DNA of 28,273 bases from a virus (IMGVR_UViG_3300050821_010409:94160-122432), one strand, 5' to 3'; numbered from the stretch's first letter, positions 7,077-16,430 are shown. A program made the numbers and translations. The notes: generated from the letters alone by a model not told the origin.

Positions 7077-8375
7077 TTAGCTGGCCTTGCCGTAGAAGCC
7101 GGCGCCATCGAAGCTGATGGCTGTCCAGTCCGCGTCTCGCAGCTCTTCGGCCGCGCCGTCCCAGTCGATCAGGTTCAGTGGCCACGCGGTCAGGTCCGCG
7201 CGGTTGCCGAGCGCTTCCAGGGCCTCGTCCTGTGCCCAGCTCTCGGTGAAGAAGCCTTCCTCGCGCAGGGTCCAGGTGCTGCCGCCGAGCTCGCTGGCGG
7301 CACGGCTGGCCAGGTCGCGCAGCAGCCGCAGTTCCCGGTCCAGCTCAGCCCCTAGCATGACGTGGCGGATGGTGAAGCGGGCCGGGTTGAGGTCCTCGTC
7401 ATCGAGGTACCGCGTGCACTCTTGCTCGCTGCCTGCCTCGGTGAGGACGGCCTCTCCGTCACGGTTGCGGACGATCTCGAACCCTTCCAGGTTTTCCAGG
7501 TCCGCGATCCGGGCGTTCACGGCAGCGCTGGTGATCAGCACGCTGCGGGGGGTGATGCCGATGGCGGCTCCGCTCTCGCTGTCCGGCTCAATGGCGCGGA
7601 CGGGAAGGATTGCTGTAGTGCTAGTGGCTGGCTCGGGCGTGGCCGGCTTGCTGGCAAGCGTGATGTTCGGGCTTGCCAGGTCCAGGTAGTGATTGAAGCC
7701 CGGGACGCCGTTGCTGCCTTCCGACCGGACGGCCGTGCCGTTCCCGGCGGTCAGCTTGGGCGTGGTGAACCCCCGTTCGCCCTGCTGGAGGAGGGTGGCC
7801 GTGAAGTTTACGGTGATCGTGTCGCCTTCAGCCAGCTTGAATGGCTTCGGCATGCCGGTGAGCCCTTTGTAGGATGAGTCCGCGCTCAGGTACAGGCGGT
7901 GCGTGAAGCCCTGGTCGTCCTTGACCTGCCAGGTGCCCAGTGGCTGCCCGAACGAGGCGTCGGTGATGACCCCTGTGAACGCGGCGCGCACTGTGGTGCC
8001 GGGCGGGAAGTCCCGGGTGCCTGGCGCTGGCACGGGCGTGATGGACGGCGAGTCAAGGTTCAGGTAGTGGTAGTACTGCTGCCCGGCGGGACTGTCGCGT
8101 ACCTCCACCTTCGTGAGGCCGTCCCGGATGATGACGGGCGTGCCCGGGATCGTGGTGAGGAAGCGGACCTTGATGAGCTCGCCGGGCTTTCCTGACAGGG
8201 GGTCTCCCAGGACCTGCTTCCGGGAATCAGCGGTGCCGAGGTACAGGCAGTGGATGGTGCCGTTGCCAGGGCCTCCTTCTTCCCGGACCCGGGTTGTGGA
8301 CAGGGGACCAGCTGTCTCGCTCAGGACCATGGCCGTGAAGGCCACCTCGATGTCCTGGCCAGCTGCATATGCCAT
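7077..8375 (-). CDS. modular hypothetical protein: four beta-rich repeats plus acidic C-terminal domain (paralog of 8454..9482)
   Basis: repeats ..G..I.V.FT...H.LYL/HYL.L; C-terminus WPL..IDWD.AAEELRDADW. Confidence 0.85.
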   Translation of the reverse strand: MAYAAGQDIEVAFTAMVLSETAGPLSTTRVREEGGPGNGTIHCLYLGTADSRKQVLGDPLSGKPGELIKVRFLTTIPGTPVIIRDGLTKVEVRDSPAGQQYYHYLNLDSPSITPVPAPGTRDFPPGTTVRAAFTGVITDASFGQPLGTWQVKDDQGFTHRLYLSADSSYKGLTGMPKPFKLAEGDTITVNFTATLLQQGERGFTTPKLTAGNGTAVRSEGSNGVPGFNHYLDLASPNITLASKPATPEPATSTTAILPVRAIEPDSESGAAIGITPRSVLITSAAVNARIADLENLEGFEIVRNRDGEAVLTEAGSEQECTRYLDDEDLNPARFTIRHVMLGAELDRELRLLRDLASRAASELGGSTWTLREEGFFTESWAQDEALEALGNRADLTAWPLNLIDWDGAAEELRDADWTAISFDGAGFYGKAS

Positions 8376-8399
8376 GACGTTTTTCCCTTTCTTCTCTTT

Positions 8400-8456
8400 C
8401 AGGCTGGGCGCCTGCGGCCACGGGCGGGAAAGCCCGCCCGCGACCGCCAGTGCTCA
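8400..8456 (-). repeat. family A repeat, copy 4
   Basis: CAGGCTGGGCGCCTGCGGCCACGGGCGGG...GCGACCGCCAGTGCTCA; includes upstream stop. Confidence 0.9.
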
Positions 8457-9482
8457 GGCAGGCTGGCCGTAGTAGGAAAGGCCGTCAAAGGGCACGGGCG
8501 TCCAGCTTGCGTCCCGCAGCTCGAAGGCGGCGCGCTCCCAGTCGATGACCGACAGCGGCCATGCGTTCAGGTCGGCGCCCGCGCCCAGGATGGGGAGGGC
8601 CAGCCCCCGGGCCCAGCTCGCGTCGAAGTAATCGTCCTCGCGCAAGATCCACGAGCGCGTGCCCAGCCGGGCGAGGGCGCTCTCCTGCAGTGCCAGCAGC
8701 GATCCCAGTTCCGCGACCGTGTCCTCGTCCAGGTTCTCGCGGACGACGACGCGCTCGGGGTTCCAGTCCTCGTCCGTGATGAACGAGCGGCATGCTTCCT
8801 GGCTGCTGCCGGCGAAGAGCACCTCGCCCGTGCGGAGCCTGACGACCTCGTACCGCGAGACGGCAGTCAGCACGCCGATCCGGGCGCTGACGCCCGTGCT
8901 GGTGACTTCGGTGTCTTCATTGGTGATGGGGAGGCTCGCTGCCGTGGTGTACCCGGGTGGGGTCGCCGTCACCGTGCTCGTGCTGCCAGCGGCCCGGCGG
9001 GCGTCCAGGAGGGCTTGCGTGGCCACCATGGCCGGGCTGTCCGTTGTCAGTGCAGCCAGGAGGGCTGCTGCCTGTTCCCTGGTCGGTGCCGTCTCGGTGC
9101 CCGTGCTGTCCGGTTCTTCTGCGTCCGGCTTGCTGGCGACAGCCGTGATGAACGAGCTTGCCAGGTTCAGGTAGTGGAAGTAACCCTTGGACTCCACTTC
9201 CGTGGTCCCGGCGGGCGGGGTTTCCGTGGTTCCCTTGGGGGCGTCAGCGCGGGGGATGGTAGCCGTGAAGGACACCGTGACGCGCTCGCCGTCCCGTGGC
9301 TCGCGAGACAGCGGCCAGCGGTTCAGGACATCGTCCCGGGCCTCGAAGTCATCCAGGTACAGGTATTGCGTGAAGCCGTCAGGGTCCTTGACCGCGTAGG
9401 TGGCATTGATGAGATTGCCCGTGCTGTCGGTGATCTTTCCGGTGAACGCGACGCGGATCACGTCTCCTGGTTCATAAGGCAT
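8454..9482 (-). CDS. modular hypothetical protein: two beta-rich repeats plus acidic C-terminal domain (paralog of 7077..8375)
   Basis: start ATG 9482 after GAAAGG; shares HYL.LAS..IT..ASKP and ADL.AWPL..IDW..AA.ELRDA.W with neighbour. Confidence 0.85.
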   Translation of the reverse strand: MPYEPGDVIRVAFTGKITDSTGNLINATYAVKDPDGFTQYLYLDDFEARDDVLNRWPLSREPRDGERVTVSFTATIPRADAPKGTTETPPAGTTEVESKGYFHYLNLASSFITAVASKPDAEEPDSTGTETAPTREQAAALLAALTTDSPAMVATQALLDARRAAGSTSTVTATPPGYTTAASLPITNEDTEVTSTGVSARIGVLTAVSRYEVVRLRTGEVLFAGSSQEACRSFITDEDWNPERVVVRENLDEDTVAELGSLLALQESALARLGTRSWILREDDYFDASWARGLALPILGAGADLNAWPLSVIDWERAAFELRDASWTPVPFDGLSYYGQPA

Positions 9483-9511
9483 GTGCGTGCCCTTTCGTTG
9501 TCTCTTCTTCC

Positions 9512-9568
9512 CAGGCTGGGTGCCTGCGGCCACGGGCGGGGCATCCCGTCCGTGACCGCCAGCCGTCA
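9512..9568 (-). repeat. family A repeat, copy 5
   Basis: CAGGCTGGGTGCCTGCGGCCACGGGCGGG...CGTGACCGCCAG; ends in upstream stop. Confidence 0.9.
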
Positions 9569-10936
9569 GCTGCTGACCGCGCTCAGCATGGTGGCCAGGG
9601 CCGCGGTCCGGGGGCCGAGCCGGAACATCGCCACGCTGCTGGCGTCTTCTGCCGCGAGGCCCGCGGCGCGCTCGGCGTCGGTGAACCCGATGCCGGCGGC
9701 AGGCCCGATCCGGTAGGACTCGATGGGTGATGCTTGCGCTGCCAGCACCGGGCCATTACTGCTGCTGCGCCCGCGCCCGCGCCGGGGGCCATAGCTGAGC
9801 GAGTCGGTCAGCGCGGGCAGCATGTAGCCTGTGCACTGGATGGCCAGGTCGTAGGTGCGGTCATTGACCAGCACGCCACCGGGCACCGGCACCGGGTAGC
9901 CGGACTGCCCGGCCAGCCGCAGCCGGGTGCTCGGGCTGCTGGCGTTGCCTTCCAGGTACTGGGCCAGCCGCAGGTACCGGCCGCGCTTGCCCTCCCGGAA
10001 TTCGGAGCACGTCAGGCCGCTCAGGGCCGGCGCGTAGACGTCCACGCGCTGCACGCAGTCCAGTCCGATGGTGGAGGTGTGGCCAGGGGCGAGGCCCAGC
10101 AGGGACTCGGCAGCGCACAGCCCGCTGTTGCCGCCGCCGATGATCGCCACCTGAGCCAGCCCGCGCAGCGGGAACGGGGTGCCCATCCGGGCCATGAACT
10201 GCGGGAAGCTCAGTATCCGCTCGCCGTCGCCCTTGCTGGCCGGGTTGCCCAGGCCGCGCGCGTCCAGCACCCGGGCGCAGGAGAGGGTGCCTTCATTGGT
10301 GGCCAGCGTTATGGACTTGCCGCTGGGGCTGCTGACCCTGCCGCTGATGCTGGTGACGGTGACGCCCGGGGTCACGTCCGCGAATTGCGCCAGCAGCAGC
10401 CGGACCAGCCAGGCCACCAGGGCGTTGTCCGCGTACTCCTGTGAGGTGAGCATGGCCAGCGGCGGGAAGCCCGTCCCGGCCGGGAAGAAGTTCAGCCCCT
10501 TGTCCTGGTCAGGCAGCCCGGACGGGCCGGGCCGGTTGCGGGAGTTCAGCCAGAACACGGGCTGCATGCTCATCGCGAAGGCGCCCCCGACGCTCTCTGG
10601 CTCATTGCGCTCCAGGACGACGGGCTTGGGGAAGCCGGCCATGACGCGGCTGGCTGCGTAGACGGCCGCGTGGTAGCCGCCGCCGATGATGACCTCCCGG
10701 CCAGCCAGGTTCGTGAAGGCAGCTGCTGGCGGGCGCGACCAGTACTGCGTGAGCGCTGCCGTCATCAGCTGGCGCGCTTCGGGGACCATGGCGATCCCGG
10801 CCAGCTGCATTTCCGTCATGCTGGCGAAGTCGGCGGCGCGGGACGCGCACAGGGTGATCCCCTCCGACAGCCGCTTCTTGTCCAGGCACTGCTCGATCAC
10901 GTCCCGGATGACCGGGGCCAGTTCAGGCTCTGCCAT
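9566..10936 (-). CDS. FAD/NAD(P)-binding flavoprotein (monooxygenase/oxidoreductase-like)
   Basis: two dinucleotide-binding motifs VIIGGGYHA and VAIIGGGNSG, plus DARGLG and YDLAIQCTGY; start ATG 10936 after AGAAAGGA. Confidence 0.7.
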   Translation of the reverse strand: MAEPELAPVIRDVIEQCLDKKRLSEGITLCASRAADFASMTEMQLAGIAMVPEARQLMTAALTQYWSRPPAAAFTNLAGREVIIGGGYHAAVYAASRVMAGFPKPVVLERNEPESVGGAFAMSMQPVFWLNSRNRPGPSGLPDQDKGLNFFPAGTGFPPLAMLTSQEYADNALVAWLVRLLLAQFADVTPGVTVTSISGRVSSPSGKSITLATNEGTLSCARVLDARGLGNPASKGDGERILSFPQFMARMGTPFPLRGLAQVAIIGGGNSGLCAAESLLGLAPGHTSTIGLDCVQRVDVYAPALSGLTCSEFREGKRGRYLRLAQYLEGNASSPSTRLRLAGQSGYPVPVPGGVLVNDRTYDLAIQCTGYMLPALTDSLSYGPRRGRGRSSSNGPVLAAQASPIESYRIGPAAGIGFTDAERAAGLAAEDASSVAMFRLGPRTAALATMLSAVSS

Positions 10937-10969
10937 TGCCGTGTTCCTTTCTTGTCGTGTCCGCTTGTC

Positions 10970-11034
10970 CTGGCCGGACAGCAAGAAGCCCCTTTCCTGC
11001 GGTCAGGAAAGGGGCTTCCGGGCTGACGGGCCAG
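10970..11034 (-). repeat. family B hairpin (divergent copy)
   Basis: 14-bp stem GAAGCCCCTTTCCT/AGGAAAGGGGCTTC flanked by CAGC-AA and CGG-GCTG as in other B copies. Confidence 0.7.
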
Positions 11035-11047
11035 TGCTGCTTTCTTG

Positions 11048-11734
11048 TCAGCAGCCGAAATGAGAGCCTCTGGTCACGCGCGGCCCGAAGACCGGGTCGC
11101 TCAGCAGTTCTTCTATCGCGGCTGCCTGCTCATGGCGCTCCTTGTCCCGCGCGGTGCGCGCCCAGCCGTAGCCGTCTTGCTGGTGCTGCCGGGATGCGTG
11201 GGCTGCCAGCGTGCGGGCTGAGGTGAACTGGCCAGCTGCTGCGCCGCATGAGGGGCAGGTGAGCAAGGGCACCCTGACTAGGATGGTGTCCCTGACCGTG
11301 TCAGGGCACTGGCACAGTTCCGGCATCGTCACCGGGCAGGCGGCGGATCCCATGCCTGCGTGGCCAGTGCGCGAGTATGCCTCCAGGAAGCCTTCCTGTC
11401 CCCGGTAGGTGACCCGCCAGGAGGACCCGGCCTTGATGACCGCGTCCGGGAAGCGCTGGAAGGCCAGGGCCAGCACATCCCGGTAGGCGTGCCAGCAGGC
11501 CCAGGGCCCGTGCCGCCGGCTTCCTCGGCTGGTGAGGGCGGCGGCGGTGCGCGATCCAGGACCGCGCGGGTCCCGCACGGCCAGCCGTGCCCGGCAGTGC
11601 GGGACATGCCCCGGCACGCGCAGCACGTCCCCGGCGCGGTCCTGGTGCGTGATGAGGTTCGCGCCGTAGCGGGAGTAAGAGGCATCTCGCGTGCAGGCGC
11701 GGAACTCGCCGAGGCTCAGCCCGGTGATGTCCAT
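11048..11734 (-). CDS. hypothetical protein with C-terminal C2H2-type zinc finger
   Basis: CPSC...F.S...LAAH...QH; ACWHAYRD motif. Confidence 0.8.
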   Translation of the reverse strand: MDITGLSLGEFRACTRDASYSRYGANLITHQDRAGDVLRVPGHVPHCRARLAVRDPRGPGSRTAAALTSRGSRRHGPWACWHAYRDVLALAFQRFPDAVIKAGSSWRVTYRGQEGFLEAYSRTGHAGMGSAACPVTMPELCQCPDTVRDTILVRVPLLTCPSCGAAAGQFTSARTLAAHASRQHQQDGYGWARTARDKERHEQAAAIEELLSDPVFGPRVTRGSHFGC

Positions 11735-11737
11735 GGT

Positions 11738-12046
11738 CTAGCCAGCCGTCTCTCGCGGGATGCGCTCGGCCAGCATGTCCACTAGCTCGCGGGTGCTGAG
11801 CAGGAGCGCCAGCCGCTTGACCAGGCCGCGCGGGCCGATCCGCCGGGTGACTTCCCGTTCCAGGTCCCGGGTGCTGATGCAGTCCAGCCCGGTGAACTCC
11901 CCGATCCGGAATACCGCCAATGGCGCCCGGGTGAGCTGCGAGGATTCCGTGCCGAGCGTGCTGAATTCCAGCGTCCCGTCATTCCTTACTTCTGCGTGAA
12001 CAGTCCCGTCCTTGCCTGCGTGCAAGTGCAGGTACATGAATCCCAT
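11738..12046 (-). CDS. hypothetical protein
   Basis: start moved to ATG 12046 after AGAAAGGGAAAG RBS. Confidence 0.7.
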   Translation of the reverse strand: MGFMYLHLHAGKDGTVHAEVRNDGTLEFSTLGTESSQLTRAPLAVFRIGEFTGLDCISTRDLEREVTRRIGPRGLVKRLALLLSTRELVDMLAERIPRETAG

Positions 12047-12079
12047 GACTTTCCCTTTCTCTTTTCTTTCCGGTGCGTG

Positions 12080-12138
12080 GCGTAAGCCCGTGGCCAGCGG
12101 CCCCGCGATGAGGGAGCCGCTCGCCATCAGCCGGCGCT
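12080..12138 (-). repeat. family C hairpin repeat, copy 1
   Basis: plus strand GCGTAAG...TGGC-hairpin-GCCATCAGCCGGCGCT. Confidence 0.65.
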
Positions 12139-12142
12139 CGCG

Positions 12143-12586
12143 TCAGGAACGGCCGGAATAGGAACTGCGGAAGGTGCTGTGGTAGGAGCTGCCGGGGGCG
12201 CGGTAGATCACGCGGCCCTTGTTCACGTAGCTCATGCCCTGGTAGCTGCCACGGCTGCTGTTCGTGGTGAAGGAATGGGCGTGGTATACCACGTGGTAGA
12301 CGTCCGGTGCCCGGCGCAGCACGGCCGGGCGGGTGTAGGAGTACCGGCTGCCGGAGTAGGTGAGCACCGATCCGTAGTACACGGTGCTGTAGATGCTGAA
12401 CGGCACGAGGGCTGACGTGCCGTCGCTGTACTCCACGCAGTAATCGGGCTGCCCGGTCAGCGGGCTGGCGCAGGTGTAGGTGCCGACGACGTAGGGCGCG
12501 TAGTACTGGCCGTCAGTACAGGCTGCCAGGCTCGCCGCGAGCACGGCAGCCGTGATGGCGCTGCTGGCCCTGGTGATGATCTTCAT
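12143..12586 (-). CDS. putative lipoprotein
   Basis: MKIITR + hydrophobic stretch + LAAC lipobox; Tyr/Ser-rich body. Confidence 0.75.
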   Translation of the reverse strand: MKIITRASSAITAAVLAASLAACTDGQYYAPYVVGTYTCASPLTGQPDYCVEYSDGTSALVPFSIYSTVYYGSVLTYSGSRYSYTRPAVLRRAPDVYHVVYHAHSFTTNSSRGSYQGMSYVNKGRVIYRAPGSSYHSTFRSSYSGRS

Positions 12587-12612
12587 GAGCGGTCCTTTCT
12601 TGGTCCTTGCCT

Positions 12613-12669
12613 CAGGCTGGGCGCCTGCGGCCGTGCACGGGAAGGCCCGTGCACGACCGCCAGTGCCCA
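12613..12669 (-). repeat. family A repeat, copy 6
   Basis: CAGGCTGGGCGCCTGCGGCCGTGCACGGG...CCCGTGCACGACCGCCAGTGCCCA. Confidence 0.9.
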
Positions 12670-12673
12670 GTTG

Positions 12674-12853
12674 TCAGTAATGCCATTCCGTGCTGGACGT
12701 CAGCGCCATTGCCTTGCCGACGTCGGCTAGGGCTGCCTGGTAGGTTTCCTTGTAGGTAGTTGACTCGGGTGTGGTGAGGACGGCGCGGTTCAGCCGCGTG
12801 AGCGTTTCGGCTAGTACCCCCAGCTGGTAATCGGCGGTGTCAGCGATGCTCAT
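12674..12853 (-). CDS. hypothetical protein (59 aa, not in ORF track)
   Basis: MSIADTADYQLGVL...TSSTEWHY; ATGA overlap with upstream gene; AGAAAGGAAAAAG RBS. Confidence 0.7.
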   Translation of the reverse strand: MSIADTADYQLGVLAETLTRLNRAVLTTPESTTYKETYQAALADVGKAMALTSSTEWHY

Positions 12854-13065
12854 TCACTTTTTCCTTTCTGCAAGTGCGGTGTAACGAGGCGCTCATACTG
12901 GCGTACGTGATCGTCCATTCCGGCGAACTGGGCGAGCCTGTACAGGACTTCGAGGATCCCGTTTTCGTTGTCATTGTCCAGGCATTCCAGCCAGTCGCGG
13001 AGCTCGTCGTCCCAGGCGTAGCTGACTACGTCCGTGATGGCGGACAGCAGTTCCGGGCCTGTCAT
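12850..13065 (-). CDS. hypothetical protein
   Basis: 71 aa acidic ORF, RBS GAGGAAAAAG. Confidence 0.75.
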   Translation of the reverse strand: MTGPELLSAITDVVSYAWDDELRDWLECLDNDNENGILEVLYRLAQFAGMDDHVRQYERLVTPHLQKGKSE

Positions 13066-13094
13066 GCTTTTTCCTCGTTCCTGGCGCGGTTGCG

Positions 13095-13949
13095 TTACTC
13101 ATCAGGGACTTGCGACAGCACGACGGCGAACAGCAGCCGCGCCTCCTCCAGGATTTCCTGCCATGCGGGCGCCACGTTCGCTGGGGCACGCCCGAGCAGC
13201 GTGTAGTGGGTGAAGGAATCCTGGCTGTACCAGTAGTGCTGGCTGTACTTGCCATCCGGCTTCTCCCAGTCCGCGGTGGGCCCGTAGGTCCTGGCCCGCT
13301 CGCCGTACTGGGCGCGGATCACTAGCAGCCTGGCCAGCTCGGCCCGTTCGCTATCGGCCATGTCCTGGAGGAACGGCTGTGCCTTCGCTTTTTCCTGGCA
13401 TTTCTGGTACCTCGACTCCAGCGTCCGGTAGTCCGGCTCGATGTGGCTGAACACCGACCGGATGTTCCCGTCGTCACCCCATTCGTAGCCGTTGCCGCCG
13501 ATGAGCAGCAGGTGGTGCAGCACGTCTGTCCGGGTGGGGAAGATCAGCGGGTGCCACCAGATGCTGGACGCGATGAACAGCTCAGGGTCCGTGGCAGGTG
13601 CCATCAGCTGCGTGCTCGGCGGCGCTGCCGCGATGGCCTGCGGTGTCATCCGCGCCGGGTCGGCGGGCAGGTCCTGCAGCGGCTGCGGGCTGCGGCGCGG
13701 TTCGTAGCCGTGCGCGGCCTGCATCTCGTCATCCAGGGCCTGCGCGGCGGCCTTGATCTCCAGGAACCGGGCGCGCGTGACGCTGATGCTGAATGCCTCG
13801 TCATACAGGGACCGGGCGACGGGCACGGGGTAGTGCTTCCGGCTGGCCGGGATCGCTCCCGTTCCGCCGCCGAGGCTGTGCCGCCAGCCATTGCGCATGC
13901 TGTGCACGGGCAGGCCGTCTCGCCAGCAGACGAATGCGCTGGTGCTCAT
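13095..13949 (-). CDS. hypothetical protein
   Basis: 284 aa, RBS AGAAAGGAGG downstream of repeat A7. Confidence 0.85.
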   Translation of the reverse strand: MSTSAFVCWRDGLPVHSMRNGWRHSLGGGTGAIPASRKHYPVPVARSLYDEAFSISVTRARFLEIKAAAQALDDEMQAAHGYEPRRSPQPLQDLPADPARMTPQAIAAAPPSTQLMAPATDPELFIASSIWWHPLIFPTRTDVLHHLLLIGGNGYEWGDDGNIRSVFSHIEPDYRTLESRYQKCQEKAKAQPFLQDMADSERAELARLLVIRAQYGERARTYGPTADWEKPDGKYSQHYWYSQDSFTHYTLLGRAPANVAPAWQEILEEARLLFAVVLSQVPDE

Positions 13950-13979
13950 GGCAGCCTCCTTTCTTGCTCGATGTCAGTC

Positions 13980-14037
13980 CAGGCTGAGCGCCTGCGGCCG
14001 TGGGCGGGGAGTGCCCGTCCGCGACCGCCAGTACCCA
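13980..14037 (-). repeat. family A repeat, copy 7
   Basis: CAGGCTGAGCGCCTGCGGCCGTGGGCGGGG...GCGACCGCCAGTACCCA. Confidence 0.9.
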
Positions 14038-14061
14038 GTATCACCGAGTATGCAGGGTGCC

Positions 14062-15348
14062 TTATGCGGCCTGCTCGCCAGCGGGCCACGCAGCATGCTG
14101 GCTGACGCTCAGCTCCAGCGGCCGGCCGTCGTAGCGCGCCGTGAGCTCTTCGGGCGCGATGAGGTAGCTGCCTCCGGGGTTCACGTACATCGGGTCGCAG
14201 CTGAACGCGATCTTGCGGTAGGTCCAGCCCGCCAGGTGGGCCATGACCCGGGGCGCCGCGTAGCCTTCCAGCTCGCCGTACCCGTTGAACACGACGAAGG
14301 CGCTTGGTGCCAGGGTCTCGAATGTCGGCACCAGCTTTCCTGGCGCGTTGTACTGCAGGGGCAGTACCCAGGCGCGCCCGCTGACGTCTCCGTAGGAGCC
14401 GAACGTCAGCAGCCCGAAGCCGCCGTTGGTCTTCAGTGCGCAGCGGCTGTCCCGGTAGCTCGTCCACCAGCAGGATCCCTCATGGTAAAAGTCCCCGGGC
14501 GGCCGGTTCAGGTCCCGCGTGACGATGATCGTGACGTCCACGGGGTTGCTGTGGTCGCGGGCGATGCTGCCGATGCCCGACAAGTCGGCGGGCGCGAGCT
14601 TGAGGCTGTATTTCTTGTAGGCGAGGCTGCTCAGCCGCTTGGTGAAGTTTCCGGTCCTGGCCTGCCACTGGTTACCCAGCTCGTCCAGGGACCAGGCTAG
14701 TTCGCAGAGGAGGGCGCTTTCCTGCGCGCGCGCCTTGGCCATCAGGTAAGCCTGGATCTCCTTCAGCCCTTCGGGTGAGATGGCGCCCGCCGCCAGCGTG
14801 ATCGTGGCCTGCACGTCATTCGCCAGCAGTGCGCAGCCGTTATTGCGGAGGGTGAACGCGGGTTGCGGTGAGGAGCAGCAGGAGCCATCGTCCTCGTCCT
14901 CGTCCTCGTCCTCGTGGTCATGGTTGGCTTGGTCATTGTCGTGGTAGTGCCCCTCGCAGGGCTCGCAGTAGCTGTAGTCAGCGGCAAGGCACTGATCACA
15001 GACGTCCTCGGCGTCCAGCGTCCGGGTGAAGTGACCGCGGCTGACCGGGTACCGGTCGTCACAGAGGGAGCACGCTCCCCAGGAATCCCGGCACGAGTCG
15101 CAGACGTGCACGCTGGCGTAGGTGCGCACGGAGGTGAGCGCGTGTTCCCAGGCGGGAATGCCGCAGCCGTCACAGAAATCGACGTCATCGATGGCGGTGG
15201 GCTCGCTGGTGATCGTCTCCAGGTACTGGCGGAACTGGGCATTGCGGCTGCCCAGGAACGGGTCGTGCGTGAACCCGGTCCACAGCCCTTCTAGGTCCAG
15301 GTCGCCTGCAGCGACCTTGGGGACGGGGTCTTGCGCTTCTTGCGTCAT
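14062..15348 (-). CDS. multi-CxxC protein with SCWW/GRAW domain (paralog 1 of 3)
   Basis: six CxxC pairs, acidic linker, then conserved domain GSCWW...SRCALKTNGGFG...SGRAWV...FNGYG; start ATG 15348. Confidence 0.85.
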   Translation of the reverse strand: MTQEAQDPVPKVAAGDLDLEGLWTGFTHDPFLGSRNAQFRQYLETITSEPTAIDDVDFCDGCGIPAWEHALTSVRTYASVHVCDSCRDSWGACSLCDDRYPVSRGHFTRTLDAEDVCDQCLAADYSYCEPCEGHYHDNDQANHDHEDEDEDEDDGSCCSSPQPAFTLRNNGCALLANDVQATITLAAGAISPEGLKEIQAYLMAKARAQESALLCELAWSLDELGNQWQARTGNFTKRLSSLAYKKYSLKLAPADLSGIGSIARDHSNPVDVTIIVTRDLNRPPGDFYHEGSCWWTSYRDSRCALKTNGGFGLLTFGSYGDVSGRAWVLPLQYNAPGKLVPTFETLAPSAFVVFNGYGELEGYAAPRVMAHLAGWTYRKIAFSCDPMYVNPGGSYLIAPEELTARYDGRPLELSVSQHAAWPAGEQAA

Positions 15349-15374
15349 GGCAGGGCCTTTCTCGGGTGAGGTGA

Positions 15375-15439
15375 CTGGCCAGGACAAGGCGAGCGCCCGT
15401 TTCCGTGACAGGAAACGGGCGCTCGCCTTCTGCGGCCAG
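15375..15439 (-). repeat. family B hairpin
   Basis: perfect 19-bp stem AAGGCGAGCGCCCGTTTCC/GGAAACGGGCGCTCGCCTT (15386-15429) inside CTGGCC...GGCCAG. Confidence 0.8.
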
Positions 15440-15446
15440 GCGGGGG

Positions 15447-16430
15447 CTAGTCCTTGCTGAGCGAGCCTTCCTCGTCCTCCTCGTCACTGCCACCTGCCGC
15501 GGGCAGCAGCATGACCGGCGCGCTGGACAGTGCGCGCTCGGTGTAGCACGGGCAGTTCCTGAGGCTCAGGTAGCAGTCCTGGCAGCACCCGCACACGGTG
15601 CAGGAGTTCGAGTCGGGGTCGACGGCCGCCTGGGTTCGGCAGACCTCGCACTCGTCCTGGTCAGCACTGCCGAAGCGGTGGTAGCCCGGGATGCGCCACT
15701 CTGGCTCGTGCGGCATCGTCACGTCCGCGTTCTGCGCGTGGAACCGCTGGAACCGCCCCACCATGGCGAGCGTGTCATTGAGGTAGGCGTAGCCCTGCGG
15801 CGAGTGGTAGTTCCCCCGGTAGCCCACGCCCCAGTTGAAGCCCTTGACGCCCAGGTGGTCCAGCACGGCGATGTCGGAGAAGCTGCCCTTGCCCACGGTG
15901 GCGCCGCTGGCCCGCACCGCCCTCCGGCTGGCCTCGTTCTCGTACTGGTACATCACCACGTCCGTGCCCATGCGGTCGAACTCGATGATCCAGTCGTAGT
16001 CCTTGCCCGGCGTGAAGTAGGCAGCCGTGGACTCACACGATTCCTCGCCCACGCTGAGCAGCCAGTCGCAGGTGATGCCGAGCCGTGGCAGCATGCGCAA
16101 GATGACGTACGCGCCGAGCCGGTCATCCAGGGAGCCGCCGGTGACGACCGGGCCCATCTGGGTCATCCGGAAGTGCGGCGTGCGGCGGTCGTCCGTCACC
16201 ACGGTGTCCAGGTGCGCGACGGCCAGCACGCGCGAGCCGTTGTCGCGGAAGTGGTAGTAGTCGGGCTGCGCGTCCTTGGGCGCCCACCGGGAGCGCTGCT
16301 CCACGTAGGTGGTCTGCATCCCGAAGGCCGTGCCGAAGCTGGCTTCTGGCAGCGTGCAGATCCTGGCCAGTTCGCCTTGGTTGTAGGCGAACCGGGCCTG
16401 GCGGGTGAGGGAGTCCCTCTTACGGGTCAT
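15447..16430 (-). CDS. M28/M20-like zinc metallopeptidase with C-terminal Cys-rich tail
   Basis: AHLDTV, LDDRLG, GEE, EFDR and YH metal-ligand/catalytic motifs in the expected order; start 16430 (RBS GAAGGAAG) or 16490. Confidence 0.8.
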   Translation of the reverse strand: MTRKRDSLTRQARFAYNQGELARICTLPEASFGTAFGMQTTYVEQRSRWAPKDAQPDYYHFRDNGSRVLAVAHLDTVVTDDRRTPHFRMTQMGPVVTGGSLDDRLGAYVILRMLPRLGITCDWLLSVGEESCESTAAYFTPGKDYDWIIEFDRMGTDVVMYQYENEASRRAVRASGATVGKGSFSDIAVLDHLGVKGFNWGVGYRGNYHSPQGYAYLNDTLAMVGRFQRFHAQNADVTMPHEPEWRIPGYHRFGSADQDECEVCRTQAAVDPDSNSCTVCGCCQDCYLSLRNCPCYTERALSSAPVMLLPAAGGSDEEDEEGSLSKD

